From positions 559,159 to 623,158 of the forward strand of contig CP179887.1 of assembly GCA_047456295.1 (NCBI GenBank): a DNA stretch of 64,000 nt. The letters run 5' to 3'. Below are positions 1-9,871 of this stretch, one piece after another. A program made the position numbers and the translations under genes. Numbering within the stretch: position 1 is the first letter of the stretch; each line of letters begins with the position of its first letter. The stretch comes from Candidatus Nealsonbacteria bacterium (GTDB lineage: Bacteria; Patescibacteriota; Minisyncoccia; Minisyncoccales; JANBVM01). The notes below the pieces were generated by a model. The model ran no database searches and was not told where the DNA came from. It saw nothing but the letters and a program-made list of their open reading frames with translations.

Positions 1-113
1 CTTTTAAAGAATATATTTTTCCTCGCATAGATAATACGCTTAATTGAACCGATTATGTATTTTTATAATATCATATTCTGTTCGATTGCACAACAATTAA
101 ACTTAAAATAAGT

Positions 114-142
114 TTGACTTTAGACGATTTGAAATGTAAAAT
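114..142 (+). promoter_or_regulatory. sigma70-type promoter upstream of tRNA-Ser(GCU)
   Basis: -35 TTGACT at 114-119, a 17-nt spacer, and -10 TAAAAT at 137-142 preceded by TG at 135-136. The tRNA starts at 154. Confidence 0.4.
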
Positions 143-153
143 ATATATGTTAT

Positions 154-242
154 GGAGGAGTCGCGTAATGGCAGCGCACCACCCTGCTAAGGTGTGACCT
201 TTTAACGGGGTCTTGTGGGTTCGAGTCCCACCTCCTCCGCCA
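154..242 (+). tRNA. tRNA-Ser (anticodon GCU), long variable arm, CCA encoded
   Basis: Hand-folded cloverleaf. Acceptor GGAGGAG/CTCCTCC, anticodon loop CTGCTAA, variable-arm stem GACC..GGTC, T arm GTGGG-TTCGAGT-CCCAC, discriminator G, then CCA. Confidence 0.9.
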
Positions 243-393
243 GTCAGGGATTTAGCTGAAGCAATCATTTCTTTCAGGGGTTTTCGAAAACCAACTACGA
301 AGAAATAAATTATGCGGTGGTTTGTAATATTTTGAAAGATAGATTAAAGGACATAGAAGAATTTTTAAGGATAATTGAAAAAACAAAATAAAT

Positions 394-480
394 GGCGGGA
401 TGCCGGAGTGGACGAACGGGGCTGTCTTGAAAACAGTTGTACTTGAAAGAGTACCGTAGGTTCGAATCCTACTCCCGCCG
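394..480 (+). tRNA. tRNA-Ser (anticodon UGA), long variable arm, no encoded CCA
   Basis: Acceptor GGCGGGA/TCCCGCC, anticodon stem-loop GCTGT-CTTGAAA-ACAGT, long variable arm, T arm GTAGG-TTCGAAT-CCTAC, discriminator G at 480. Confidence 0.9.
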
Positions 481-491
481 ATATATAAAAT

Positions 492-513
492 CCGAGGTGT
501 TAACCTCGGTTTT
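492..513. terminator. bidirectional Rho-independent terminator between tRNA-Ser and the 3' end of comF
   Basis: 7-bp stem CCGAGGT/ACCTCGG with loop GTTA. A T-run follows on the + strand and an A/T-rich run follows on the - strand. Confidence 0.55.
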
Positions 514-533
514 GGGTTATGATGAAATAAAAA

Positions 534-1220
534 TTAAACATTTCGAAAATTGTCTTGTCCTGATTTAGCTCTGGCAATCACTATCCCTATAATTTCTTTT
601 ACTCCCGAATCTTTTAAGGTTGTGGCACACTCTTCCATGGTAGAGCCTGTAATGTAGATATCATCAATTAATAAAACCTTTTTGTTTCTAATCTTTTCTT
701 TGTTTTGCCAACAAAAAGCTTTTAAAATATTTTCTTTTCTTTCTTTCTCAGAAACCTTAACCTGAGGTAATGTCTTTCTTTCTTTGATTAAGACATCATT
801 AATTGAAGGTATTTTAAAAAACCTTGAGAGTTGTTTTGCAATCTCTTCTGCCTGATTGAATCCCCTCCATTTTAACCTTGTTTTTTCAAGTGGCACGGGA
901 ATTAAAACAAAATCTGAAAAATCAGGCTTTTTATCAAGCAATTGAAAATGAGCTGTTATTAAAGAACAAAGAGGCAGGGATAGTTCTTTAATAAAGGGTT
1001 CTGATTTGAATTTCTGAATCAGGTTTTTAAGGAGAGGATTTTTATACTCTGTGACAAAATACAAATCATTAATATGTTTTGTTTTAAATTTTTTATGGAA
1101 ACCAGAAACATCAAGAATGCCTTCACAGTCTTTACAGAGATAACATCCTTGTTTCTGGCAGCCAAAACAAAACCTGGGGAAAAGTAATTCGAGAAAAAAC
1201 TTTTTAATTTTTTCTTTCAT
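534..1220 (-). CDS. comF: ComF-family phosphoribosyltransferase-like competence protein
   Basis: N-terminal double Cys-pair motif (CFGCQ...CKDC) and C-terminal PRTase motif VLLIDDIYITGSTM. 228 aa. Confidence 0.8.
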   Translation of the reverse strand: MKEKIKKFFLELLFPRFCFGCQKQGCYLCKDCEGILDVSGFHKKFKTKHINDLYFVTEYKNPLLKNLIQKFKSEPFIKELSLPLCSLITAHFQLLDKKPDFSDFVLIPVPLEKTRLKWRGFNQAEEIAKQLSRFFKIPSINDVLIKERKTLPQVKVSEKERKENILKAFCWQNKEKIRNKKVLLIDDIYITGSTMEECATTLKDSGVKEIIGIVIARAKSGQDNFRNV

Positions 1221-1221
1221 G

Positions 1222-1230
1222 TGATATAAT
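1222..1230 (+). promoter_or_regulatory. extended -10 element (TGATATAAT) upstream of pilM
   Basis: TGn-TATAAT sits 20 nt upstream of the pilM ATG. No clear -35 box. Confidence 0.3.
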
Positions 1231-1249
1231 TATGACATAATAACACAAA

Positions 1250-2329
1250 ATGCGATTATTAGGATTAATTCCCCAAAAATTTTTAGGAATAGATATTGGT
1301 ACTTCTTCTATTAAGGTTGTGGAAATGTCGAGCTGGGCAGGAAGAAAGAAACTGGAAAACTATGGTGAAATCTCAGCTTCGGTTCTCTACAAAAAACCCT
1401 TCAGGACATTTGAAAAAACCATCCTGTTGCTTTCCAGTAAAGATATTGCCAGGGCAATTAAAGCCATCATTGAAGAAGCCAAGATTAAATCAAGCAAGGC
1501 TGCTTTTTCAATCCCTGATTTCTCTACTTTTTTTACCACCTTTGAATTGCCGCCAATGACCCCTGAAGAAATTCCTCAGGCTGTAAAGGCTGAAGCCAGA
1601 CGCCATGTTCCCCTTCCTCTGGGAGAAGTGACATTAGACTGGCAGATACTGGAGAAACCCATTAATACCAGAAAGGGAAAAGTGAAGATTCTTTTGGTTA
1701 CTGTTCCCAACGAAGTTATCAATCAATATCAAAGGATTGCTGCAGATTTAAACCTTGAGCTCCTGGCCCTGGAAGCAGAGATATTCGGTATGATGAGGTC
1801 ATTGGTTGATAAAGACGAGAAAGACATTCTTGGTTTAATTGATATTGGCGCTAGAAGCACGACCTGTAGTATAATTAGTAAAAAGGTCTTAAATATCTCC
1901 CGCAGTTTTGACCTCTCGGGAAATAGTTTGACAGAAAGGATAGCAAAAGGACTGTCGGTAGATTATAAAAAGGCAGAGGATATTAAAAAGAAACATGGAA
2001 TCTTATCTTCTCAGGAAGATGTAAACAGGAACAATAGCAGAGATATTTTAATTCCTTTAATTGATTTAATCATTAGTGAGATTGATAAAGTTTTTAAGAG
2101 TTTTTATCTAAAAGAGAAAAAAGAGGTTAAAAAGATTATTCTCTCTGGAGGAACTGCTCTTTTGCCCGGTCTGTTGGAATATTTTCAGGACCATTTTCCC
2201 AAAAAAGAAGTGGAGATTGCCAATCCCTTTTCAAAGATTTTCTTTCCTCCCATTCTTGATGAAACGTTAAAAGAGATGGGACCTTCTTATACTATTGCCA
2301 TAGGTATGGCCCTGAGGGGATTGGAATAA
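1250..2329 (+). CDS. pilM: type IV pilus assembly protein PilM (actin-like ATPase fold)
   Basis: LGIDIGTSSIKVVEM phosphate-1 motif and a later GGTALLPGL motif. First gene of a pilMNO-pilB block. Confidence 0.85.
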   Translation: MRLLGLIPQKFLGIDIGTSSIKVVEMSSWAGRKKLENYGEISASVLYKKPFRTFEKTILLLSSKDIARAIKAIIEEAKIKSSKAAFSIPDFSTFFTTFELPPMTPEEIPQAVKAEARRHVPLPLGEVTLDWQILEKPINTRKGKVKILLVTVPNEVINQYQRIAADLNLELLALEAEIFGMMRSLVDKDEKDILGLIDIGARSTTCSIISKKVLNISRSFDLSGNSLTERIAKGLSVDYKKAEDIKKKHGILSSQEDVNRNNSRDILIPLIDLIISEIDKVFKSFYLKEKKEVKKIILSGGTALLPGLLEYFQDHFPKKEVEIANPFSKIFFPPILDETLKEMGPSYTIAIGMALRGLE

Positions 2330-2381
2330 TGATTCGTATCTTGAGGAAATAATGATAAACTACTAATGAGGAATTATTAAG

Positions 2382-2909
2382 ATGGTTGAAATAATACCAA
2401 GACCAATTAAAAAAATAGTTCGTTGGGAGGAAATCTTGTTCTATTTCTTGGTATTCTTAATAATGGCAGTGATTGTGATTTATTTTGTATTAGGCTCTCT
2501 TCAAGAAAGGGCCCAGAGCAAACTCCAGGATTTAGAGGAAGGATTGTCTCAGGGAAGAACCCCTCAAATGACTGCTTTAGAACAAGAAGCCCTTTATTAT
2601 AAGGTAAAGATTGATGAATTCTCTCCTTTTCTTGAAAAGCATACCTTAAGTTCAAAATTCTTTGATTTTTTAGAAAGCAGGACCCATCCCAAAATTTTCT
2701 TTTTTCAAATCAATCTAAACCCTGGAAATTCAAAGGTTCTCCTTTCTGGACTGGCCGATAGTTTTCTGTCTTTAGGACAACAACTTTTAATTTTAAGTAA
2801 GGATCCAATGGTTGAAAGCATAAATCTGTCCAATGTGTCTCTCGGCGAAACAGGGGGAATTGAGTTTGCCTTTGATATGGTATTAGCCGAGGAGGTTTTC
2901 AGGTATTAA
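2382..2909 (+). CDS. pilN: PilN-like bitopic pilus alignment protein
   Basis: One N-terminal TM helix, a coiled-coil segment, then a small C-terminal domain. Located directly after pilM. Confidence 0.5.
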   Translation: MVEIIPRPIKKIVRWEEILFYFLVFLIMAVIVIYFVLGSLQERAQSKLQDLEEGLSQGRTPQMTALEQEALYYKVKIDEFSPFLEKHTLSSKFFDFLESRTHPKIFFFQINLNPGNSKVLLSGLADSFLSLGQQLLILSKDPMVESINLSNVSLGETGGIEFAFDMVLAEEVFRY

Positions 2910-2960
2910 TAAAAGCCCTGTCTGTGGCCAAGATCCTGATTTCCCTTTTTTAGCCAAATT

Positions 2961-3479
2961 ATGACAAACTATTCATTTTACATCATTATTGCTTTATCCC
3001 TCTCTTTATTGTTGATATTCGGTTTGGTTTTGCCGAGATATAGGGATTGGGATTCTTTAAACCAGGAGATTTTTAAGAGGGAGATTGAACTCCGCTCTCA
3101 GGAGAACTATTTTCAAGAAATCCAGAGAATTTCTGGAAAGCTTAAAGAAAACCAGGATTCTCTTTCAAAAATTGAATCTGCCTTACCTGAAGATCGTTTC
3201 CTGCCCCAGGTGTTAAACTTTTTCCAAAAAGCAGCTTCTCAGTCAGGCACTAGCTTGAAACACATTGTTCCGGTTTTTGTTGCTTTAGAAAGAGGACAGA
3301 ATATCAGAACCACCAAGGTCAACCTTGTTTTAGGTGGTGATTATTACAGTTTTAAAGATTTTCTTTCCCTTGTAGAAAAATCAGCCAGACTCATTGAGGT
3401 TGAGAATATCTATTTTTCCTATCCTAAAGAAGGAGGTCCATTTATCTTTAATATATCAACAAAGACTTATTCATATTAG
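2961..3479 (+). CDS. pilO: PilO-like bitopic pilus alignment protein
   Basis: N-terminal TM helix, coiled-coil (EIELRSQENYFQEIQ), C-terminal domain. Located after the pilN-like gene. Confidence 0.5.
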   Translation: MTNYSFYIIIALSLSLLLIFGLVLPRYRDWDSLNQEIFKREIELRSQENYFQEIQRISGKLKENQDSLSKIESALPEDRFLPQVLNFFQKAASQSGTSLKHIVPVFVALERGQNIRTTKVNLVLGGDYYSFKDFLSLVEKSARLIEVENIYFSYPKEGGPFIFNISTKTYSY

Positions 3480-3480
3480 T

Positions 3481-3750
3481 ATGGCAATAACATTTCAAGA
3501 GCAACTGAAGAAACAGAAAAATTTAGTCTTTATTTTTTTATCCTTGGTGTTAGTCACTGTTTTTATCATTTGGTGGGGGTACTATTATGTGGGAGAAGAG
3601 CCCCGGGAGGAATTAATTTTAAAACATTTTAAAAAAATAGAGATAGATTTCGAGCTTTTAGAGAACCCTCTTTTAGACCAGCTTCAACCAATAGAGAAGA
3701 TACCGCCTTTTGAGGGAGAGGTGGGCAGAGAAAACCCTTTTATTCCTTAA
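3481..3750 (+). CDS. small single-TM protein in the PilP-equivalent position
   Basis: ATG at 3481 lies 1 nt after the pilO stop. The longer ORF from 3394 overlaps pilO, so I reject that start. TM helix LVFIFLSLVLVTVFIIWWGYYY. Confidence 0.4.
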   Translation: MAITFQEQLKKQKNLVFIFLSLVLVTVFIIWWGYYYVGEEPREELILKHFKKIEIDFELLENPLLDQLQPIEKIPPFEGEVGRENPFIP

Positions 3751-3818
3751 AATTAAAAAGGGTGTTTTGTTAAATTCCTGATTAATTATTTTTATTGAGT
3801 TAGTTTTTTTCACCTCAT

Positions 3819-5531
3819 ATGGCATTATTAAAAGAACTAGTTAAAAAAGGATTTTTAGAAAAAGACAAAGCTGATTTTTTAGAAAAGGAGATCAAGGCTT
3901 CAGGAAAAAAAGAAGAGGAGGTTATTCTGGAAAAAAAGATTGTTTCCGAAGAATTTTTGTTTAACCTAAAATCAGAACATTTAAAGATGTCTTTGAAAGA
4001 TATAGATCCTAAAAAGGTTGCTCTGGAGGTTTTGGAACTCATTCCCGAAGAAACTGCCAAATACTACAAGATGGTTGCTCTATCCAAGAAAGACGATGTT
4101 TTAGAAGTGGGAATGATTTATCCTGAGGATATGGATGCCTTGGAGGCAATGAAGTTTTTGTCAAGGAGGGGTAAATTTGACTATCGATTATATCTGATTA
4201 CTCCCACCACTTTTACTAAGATATTGAAACAGCATCAAACCTTAAAAAAGGAGATAAAAAAGGCTTTAGAGAAATTAGAAGGTGAATTGAAAGTGGAAAA
4301 GGTTTCCAGACCCCCTGGAGCTGAAATAGAGAGACTGGTTGAAGAAGCTCCTATTTCCAAGGTAGTGTCCGTAATCTTAAGATATGCGGTTGAAGGAAAG
4401 GCATCTGATATCCACATTGAACCAGGTCAAGAGACGTTGAGGGCCCGCTTTAGATTACTAGGGTCTTTACATTCCTCATTTTTTCTACCCATTAGACTCC
4501 ATAGGGCTATAGTTTCCAGGATTAAGGTTTTGTCTAATTTAAGACTTGATGAAACCAGGATTCCCCAGGACGGCAGGTTTTCAGCCATAATAAACAATAA
4601 AAACATTGACTTTAGGGTTTCAACATTTCCCACAACCCTGGGGGAAAAGGTAGTGCTCAGGATTCTGGATCCCACAGTGGGTTTGAGGAGCTTTAAAGAA
4701 CTAGGAGTGCTTAAGAAAAATGCTAGAATTATCAATAAAGCGATTCAGAAACCCTATGGATTGATTTTGAGCACCGGTCCAACCGGTTGCGGAAAAACAA
4801 CCACCCTGTATGCGATCTTGCAGATTTTAAATAAAGAAGGAGTAAATATCGTTGCCCTGGAAGATCCGGTAGAATATTTCATAAAAGGGATTAATCAATC
4901 TCAGGTTAAACCGGAAATTGGCTACACCTTTGCCCGAGGTTTAAGGCATATCCTCAGACAGGATCCTGATATAATAATGGTGGGGGAGATTAGAGATAAG
5001 GAAACTGCCTCTTTGGTTACCCATGCTGCTCTGACAGGCCATATTGTTTTATCAACCCTGCACACATCCAACTCCCTGGGAGTAATTCCCAGATTAGTGG
5101 ATTTGGGGGTTCAACCATTTTTGATCCCCCCTACCCTGATATTAGCCATAGCCCAGAGATTGGTCAGAAGGTTGTGTAATGAGTGCAAAAAAAAGGTAAA
5201 GCCCTTAAAAAAGATTGAAGATTTAATTTTAAAGGAGATTGAAGGATTTCCCCCAACAATCAAAAAAGGGATTGATCTTTCAAAACCCTTATTTGTTTGG
5301 GAACCAAAGGGTTGCCCGCATTGTAATAACAAAGGTTTTTCCGGAAGAGTCGGTCTTTTCGAGATTTTAGAAATGACCCACCAACTTGCCGAAATAGTTT
5401 TAGAAGATATTTCAGAAAAAACTATACAGCAGGAGGCTGAGAGACAATTAATGACAACAATGAGGCAGAACGGTATTTTAAAAGTATTAAATGGAATGAC
5501 CACCATAGCTGAGGTTTTAAGGGTAACCTAA
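3819..5531 (+). CDS. pilB: type IV pilus extension ATPase PilB/GspE
   Basis: Walker A GPTGCGKTT, Asp box, Walker B IIMVGEIRD, His box LSTLHT, and the tetracysteine CNEC...CPHC. Confidence 0.9.
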   Translation: MALLKELVKKGFLEKDKADFLEKEIKASGKKEEEVILEKKIVSEEFLFNLKSEHLKMSLKDIDPKKVALEVLELIPEETAKYYKMVALSKKDDVLEVGMIYPEDMDALEAMKFLSRRGKFDYRLYLITPTTFTKILKQHQTLKKEIKKALEKLEGELKVEKVSRPPGAEIERLVEEAPISKVVSVILRYAVEGKASDIHIEPGQETLRARFRLLGSLHSSFFLPIRLHRAIVSRIKVLSNLRLDETRIPQDGRFSAIINNKNIDFRVSTFPTTLGEKVVLRILDPTVGLRSFKELGVLKKNARIINKAIQKPYGLILSTGPTGCGKTTTLYAILQILNKEGVNIVALEDPVEYFIKGINQSQVKPEIGYTFARGLRHILRQDPDIIMVGEIRDKETASLVTHAALTGHIVLSTLHTSNSLGVIPRLVDLGVQPFLIPPTLILAIAQRLVRRLCNECKKKVKPLKKIEDLILKEIEGFPPTIKKGIDLSKPLFVWEPKGCPHCNNKGFSGRVGLFEILEMTHQLAEIVLEDISEKTIQQEAERQLMTTMRQNGILKVLNGMTTIAEVLRVT

Positions 5532-5577
5532 AAAAGATAACGATGACAAGAATCTTAACACTAAGTTTGTTGTAATT

Positions 5578-5943
5578 ATGAAAAATATTTTATTAATAGA
5601 GGATGACCCCTTCCTTGTTAACATTTATACTACCAAATTGAACGAGTGTGGTTTTTCAGCAGAGGTTGCTACCGATGGTCGGGCAGGTCTAAGAAAAATA
5701 AAAGAAAAAAAATTTGATTTGATACTTTTGGATATTGTTTTACCCCACATTGATGGATGGCAGGTTCTAAAGGAGCTTGAGAAAACAGGTAAATTAAAGG
5801 ATTTAAAGGTTTTTATTCTTTCCAATCTTGGTCAGAAAGAAGAAGTGGAAAAAGGTTTGAAGATGGGTGTGGTAAGATATTTTATCAAGGCCCATTATAC
5901 TCCGGCCGAGGTGGTGGATGAAATTAGAAAAATATTAAAATAA
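5578..5943 (+). CDS. stand-alone response-regulator receiver domain (CheY/PilH-like)
   Basis: ILLIEDD, LILLDIVLP (phospho-acceptor Asp) and conserved Lys context. 121 aa with no output domain. Confidence 0.85.
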   Translation: MKNILLIEDDPFLVNIYTTKLNECGFSAEVATDGRAGLRKIKEKKFDLILLDIVLPHIDGWQVLKELEKTGKLKDLKVFILSNLGQKEEVEKGLKMGVVRYFIKAHYTPAEVVDEIRKILK

Positions 5944-5950
5944 TAACATT

Positions 5951-7018
5951 ATGTCAAACTACGTTTCTCAACTTAAAAAACTCCTTGAATTAACCATTAA
6001 AGAACAGGCTTCAGATTTACATCTCTCAGTGGGTCACTCCCCGGTTATGAGAATTGCCGGTCGTCTTATCCCTTTATTAAAAGAAAAAAAGCTTTCTCCT
6101 GAAGACACCAAGAATCTTGCTTTTACCCTTATGACCGATAGCCAGAGAAAAGAATTCCTGAAAGAAAAGGAGATTGACTTTTCCTATAAATTTGAAGAAA
6201 AAGCTCGCTTCAGGATAAACATATTCTTTCAGAAAGGGTATGTCTCTTGCGCCCTGAGATTTGTGCCAGCTAAAATTAAAACCATTGATGAGCTTAACCT
6301 CCCCCCGATTTTACACGAGTTTGCAAAGGCCAGCCAGGGTTTTGTTTTGGTCTGTGGTCCCTCGTCTCAGGGAAAATCAACAACCTTGGCAGCCTTAATT
6401 GACGAGATTAATCATACTAGGACCGATCACGTGGTAACCATTGAAGACCCCATTGAATATGTTTTTACTCCTGATAAGGCCATCATTGATCAGAGAGAGG
6501 TAGGTGAAGATACCCTGAGTTTTGCCAGGGCCCTTCGTTCCACCTTTCGTCAGGACCCTGATGTAATTATGGTAGGAGAAATGAGGGATCCAGAGACAAT
6601 GGCTACAGCCATTACAGCAGCTGAAACCGGTCACCTGGTTTTTGCTACCTTGCATACCAATTCTGCTGCCCAGACAATCCATCGAATCGTTGATTCCTTC
6701 CCTCCCCAGCAGCAGAATCAGATCAGGGTTCAGTTCTCAGGATCTCTGTTGGGGGTGGTTTCCCAACGATTACTACCCAGGATTAAAGGAGGATTGATAC
6801 CTGCCTGTGAAGTCATGATTTCTACTCCTGCTGTTGCCAATCTGATCCGGGAAAACAAGATCCATGAAATTCCTATGTTTATTGAAACCAATCTTGAGGT
6901 AGGAATGATTTCTTTGAATCGCTCTTTAGCCGATTTAGTAAAAAGAAAAGAAATCTCTTTGGAAAGCGCCCTCAATTATTCTCTTTCACCAAGCGAACTA
7001 AGAATACTTATACGTTAG
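5951..7018 (+). CDS. pilT: type IV pilus retraction ATPase PilT
   Basis: ASDLHL, Walker A GPSSQGKST, IMVGEMRD, ATLHTNSAAQTIHRI. 355 aa. Confidence 0.9.
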   Translation: MSNYVSQLKKLLELTIKEQASDLHLSVGHSPVMRIAGRLIPLLKEKKLSPEDTKNLAFTLMTDSQRKEFLKEKEIDFSYKFEEKARFRINIFFQKGYVSCALRFVPAKIKTIDELNLPPILHEFAKASQGFVLVCGPSSQGKSTTLAALIDEINHTRTDHVVTIEDPIEYVFTPDKAIIDQREVGEDTLSFARALRSTFRQDPDVIMVGEMRDPETMATAITAAETGHLVFATLHTNSAAQTIHRIVDSFPPQQQNQIRVQFSGSLLGVVSQRLLPRIKGGLIPACEVMISTPAVANLIRENKIHEIPMFIETNLEVGMISLNRSLADLVKRKEISLESALNYSLSPSELRILIR

Positions 7019-7025
7019 CTAATTA

Positions 7026-8228
7026 ATGAAATTCAATTATCAGGTCAGAACCAAAGAAGGAGAGATTCAGACAGGGATAGTGGAGGCTTCTTCAAAAGAC
7101 GCTGCTCTTTCTCTTTTGCAAAAACACGGATTTTACGTCACCTATCTTGAGAAGGCCAAGCTTCCTTTTTATGCCAGGGGTCTGGAGCTTTTTAGAGGCA
7201 TCACTGTAAGGGACATTGTTTTATTTTCCAGACAATTGGCAATGATGTTTACAGCAAAGGTTTCCCTGGTGGAAGCCTTGAGGGTTTTGGCCAGCCAGAT
7301 CAAGAACCTGGAGTTTCAAGCAAAAATTTTAAATCTATCTGAAGAAGTAGAAGGAGGAACAGCTTTTTCAAAAGCCCTCTCCCTTCATCCCAAGATATTT
7401 TCTGTCCTTTATATTTCAATAATTAAGGCTGGAGAAGTCTCAGGTAAACTATCTGAATCCCTTAATTATCTGGCCGATCACCTGGAAAGGGAATATCATT
7501 TATCATCTAAAACAAAAGGAATACTTATATATCCCTCTTTTATTGTGTTATTGGTTGTTCTGGTTTTCACCTTAATGATTTATACGGTTATTCCTCAGCT
7601 AAAATTGGTACTTGAGGAAAGTGGAGTTGACATACCGATAATTACTCGGTATGTCATCGCAGCCTCTGAATTTTTAAGGGTCTATGGTTTTATTTTCATT
7701 TTGGGATTCTTTATTTCTTTATTCTTGCTCTTTCGATATTACAAGACAGAAAGAGGGAAGGATTTTCTTGATAAGATATTTATTAGATTACCGATCCTGG
7801 GTACCATTTTGAAAACAATATATCTTTCCAGGTTCGCAGAAAATCTTTCTACCTTAATCTCAGGAGGCTTAATGATTACTCAAGCCCTTGATCTTTGCGC
7901 CAATCTTATTGGTAGTTCAGTTTATAAAAAGGCAGTTCTTTCAACAATGGAAGAGGTGAGAAAAGGGGTACCCATATCATCCTCCCTGGCTCTTTTTCCG
8001 GATATTTTTTCCCCGGTTTTCGTTCAGATGACACTGGTAGGAGAAAAAACAGGAAGTTTAGATACCAGTTTAATGCAGATTGCCACCTTTTATCAGGTAG
8101 AGGTTGAAAGGGGAATTACCAATATATTGAGTATTCTGGAACCTGTTCTGATTATCACTTTAGGAATTATGGTCGGGGGATTGATGTTTTCCATTTTAAT
8201 GCCTCTTTATCAAATGATGTCTATTTAG
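7026..8228 (+). CDS. pilC: type IV pilus platform protein PilC/GspF
   Basis: Two GspF-type repeats with interspersed TM helices. 400 aa, located after pilT. Confidence 0.9.
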   Translation: MKFNYQVRTKEGEIQTGIVEASSKDAALSLLQKHGFYVTYLEKAKLPFYARGLELFRGITVRDIVLFSRQLAMMFTAKVSLVEALRVLASQIKNLEFQAKILNLSEEVEGGTAFSKALSLHPKIFSVLYISIIKAGEVSGKLSESLNYLADHLEREYHLSSKTKGILIYPSFIVLLVVLVFTLMIYTVIPQLKLVLEESGVDIPIITRYVIAASEFLRVYGFIFILGFFISLFLLFRYYKTERGKDFLDKIFIRLPILGTILKTIYLSRFAENLSTLISGGLMITQALDLCANLIGSSVYKKAVLSTMEEVRKGVPISSSLALFPDIFSPVFVQMTLVGEKTGSLDTSLMQIATFYQVEVERGITNILSILEPVLIITLGIMVGGLMFSILMPLYQMMSI

Positions 8229-8244
8229 TTTCTTGACAGGGATA

Positions 8245-8253
8245 TGTTATAAT
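8245..8253 (+). promoter_or_regulatory. extended -10 element (TGTTATAAT) upstream of the pilin gene
   Basis: TGn-TATAAT with a TTGACA nearby at 8233-8238, though that spacing is too short to be a canonical -35. Implies a leader of about 140 nt. Confidence 0.35.
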
Positions 8254-8335
8254 AAATATCATAAGAAGAATTGTGTTTTAGAATAATTGATTCTTGCTTT
8301 ATTCAAATTAAAAAATAAAAAAAGTTGTTAAAAAT

Positions 8336-8355
8336 TTAAAGGTCGAATCCTTTAA
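8336..8355 (+). other. leader hairpin TTAAAGG-N6-CCTTTAA upstream of the pilin gene
   Basis: 7-bp stem with a 6-nt loop. It ends 46 nt before the ATG at 8401. Its arms match those of the hairpin at 16661. Confidence 0.35.
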
Positions 8356-8400
8356 TCATCACTCAATAGATATTAAACATAAATAATAAAAATAATTAAT

Positions 8401-8877
8401 ATGATTAAAAAAAATAAAGGTTTCACCTTAATTGAGCTTTTGGTGGTTATAGCTATTATAGGGACTCTGTCTGGGATTGTTCTGGTTTCTTTGGGAGGAG
8501 CAAGAAGTAAAGCCAGGGACGCAAACAGACAATCTGATATGAGGCAGGTAATTACTGCTCAAGAAATGTATTATCTTGATAACGATGAATATCTCGCTAC
8601 TAGTTCTGTAGATTATATACCTCAAATCGGGGAATATCTGGTGGCCTTATATGATCCTCAGGAGAGCCAAGGTGTGCATTATAAATGGATAGACAATACT
8701 ACCGACCATCAGAAATTCTGTGCCTATGCTACCTTAGAGAATGTAGGAGATTGTGTTGGAGATGCCAGCAATACCCGTTATTTCACTTCTTCTCCAAATG
8801 GAACCGGAATATATTGCGGTATTGCAGAGTCAGCTTTTCCCACTCTTACCGATTGTTATTCAAAAGGCTCTTACTAA
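8401..8877 (+). CDS. type IV (major) pilin with class III signal peptide
   Basis: [21 protein letters not shown] prepilin motif. 158 aa, followed by a strong terminator. Confidence 0.85.
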   Translation: MIKKNKGFTLIELLVVIAIIGTLSGIVLVSLGGARSKARDANRQSDMRQVITAQEMYYLDNDEYLATSSVDYIPQIGEYLVALYDPQESQGVHYKWIDNTTDHQKFCAYATLENVGDCVGDASNTRYFTSSPNGTGIYCGIAESAFPTLTDCYSKGSY

Positions 8878-8902
8878 TACAAGATATTTATTCTTCTAGG
8901 GA

Positions 8903-8933
8903 ACTGGCGGGAAAAATTTCCCGTCAGTTTTTT
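8903..8933 (+). terminator. Rho-independent terminator after the pilin gene
   Basis: Stem of about 11 bp (ACTGGCGGGAA/TTCCCGTCAGT, one G-U pair) followed by TTTTTT. Confidence 0.8.
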
Positions 8934-8986
8934 ACATTTTATTTAAAATGCTAAAATAAAGTTGTGTTTTTCTAATTTAATTTAAA

Positions 8987-9799
8987 ATGAGATTCTTAAT
9001 TTATCTTTTTTCCTTTTCTTTTGGATTGATAGTGGGGAGTTTTTTAAACTGCGTGATTTACAGACTTCATATTGGTAAGGGGTTTTTGGAGGGAAGATCC
9101 TACTGCCCCAGCTGTAAACACATGTTAACCTGGCAGGATTTAATTCCTGTTTTGAGTTTTTTAATTTTAAGGGGTAGGTGTAGATATTGTAAAAAGCCCA
9201 TTTCCATTCAATATCCTCTGGTGGAATTTACTACTGGAGTTTTATTCACCTTTATAGTTTTTCAAAATATAACTTCATTGTTTTACGGTTCTGTAATTTC
9301 AAGCCTTTTAAATATTTTTTTCTTGTTTCTTGTCTCTTGTTTTTTAATTATTATCTTTGTTTATGATTTAAAACACTATATTATTCCTGACAAGGTAATC
9401 TATCCTGCCATACTGGCAGTTGCCAGCCGGTATCTACTAGCTGATGTTTTTTTAAATCTTTATACGAGAGACGAGCTGGTGAATATTGTTTATTCTGCCC
9501 TGGGAGCAGGAGCCTTTTTTTTGGCAATAGTGTTGTTTTCTCGGGGAAAAGGAATGGGGATGGGAGATGTGAAGCTATCTTTTTTTATGGGATTGCTGCT
9601 TGGCTTCCCAAATATTTTAGTAGCTTTATTTTTAAGCTTTTTTATTGGAGCTACAGTGGGAGTGATATTGATTGTTCTTAGAAAAAGGAGTTTTAAATCA
9701 GAAGTTCCCTTTGCTCCATTCTTGGTTACAGGAACCTTTCTGGTAATGTTTTTCAGTGAAGAGATAATAGATTATCTTAATTTAATTTTGCTAAAATAA
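8987..9799 (+). CDS. pilD: prepilin peptidase PilD (A24 family)
   Basis: N-terminal CPSC...CRYC motif. Catalytic Asp contexts YDLKHYIIPD and GMGMGDVKL. C-terminal VPFAPFL. Confidence 0.85.
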   Translation: MRFLIYLFSFSFGLIVGSFLNCVIYRLHIGKGFLEGRSYCPSCKHMLTWQDLIPVLSFLILRGRCRYCKKPISIQYPLVEFTTGVLFTFIVFQNITSLFYGSVISSLLNIFFLFLVSCFLIIIFVYDLKHYIIPDKVIYPAILAVASRYLLADVFLNLYTRDELVNIVYSALGAGAFFLAIVLFSRGKGMGMGDVKLSFFMGLLLGFPNILVALFLSFFIGATVGVILIVLRKRSFKSEVPFAPFLVTGTFLVMFFSEEIIDYLNLILLK

Positions 9800-9871
9800 G
9801 AACATGGCAGGCCATAACCTTCCATAACCTTGATTTTTACTTGGCCTAAGTTTAAAATAAAAAAAGAATTT

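Noticed and set aside
71-268. 65-aa ORF on the - strand
   Set aside because: It is the antisense of tRNA-Ser(GCU), so it is an artefact. The same applies to 56728..56937 and 56783..56983 over tRNA-Leu.
332-375. Promoter for tRNA-Ser(UGA) from TTGAAA (332-337) and GATAAT (370-375)
   Set aside because: The spacer is 32 nt, far from the 16-18 nt needed. The second tRNA may be co-transcribed with the first or use an element I cannot identify.
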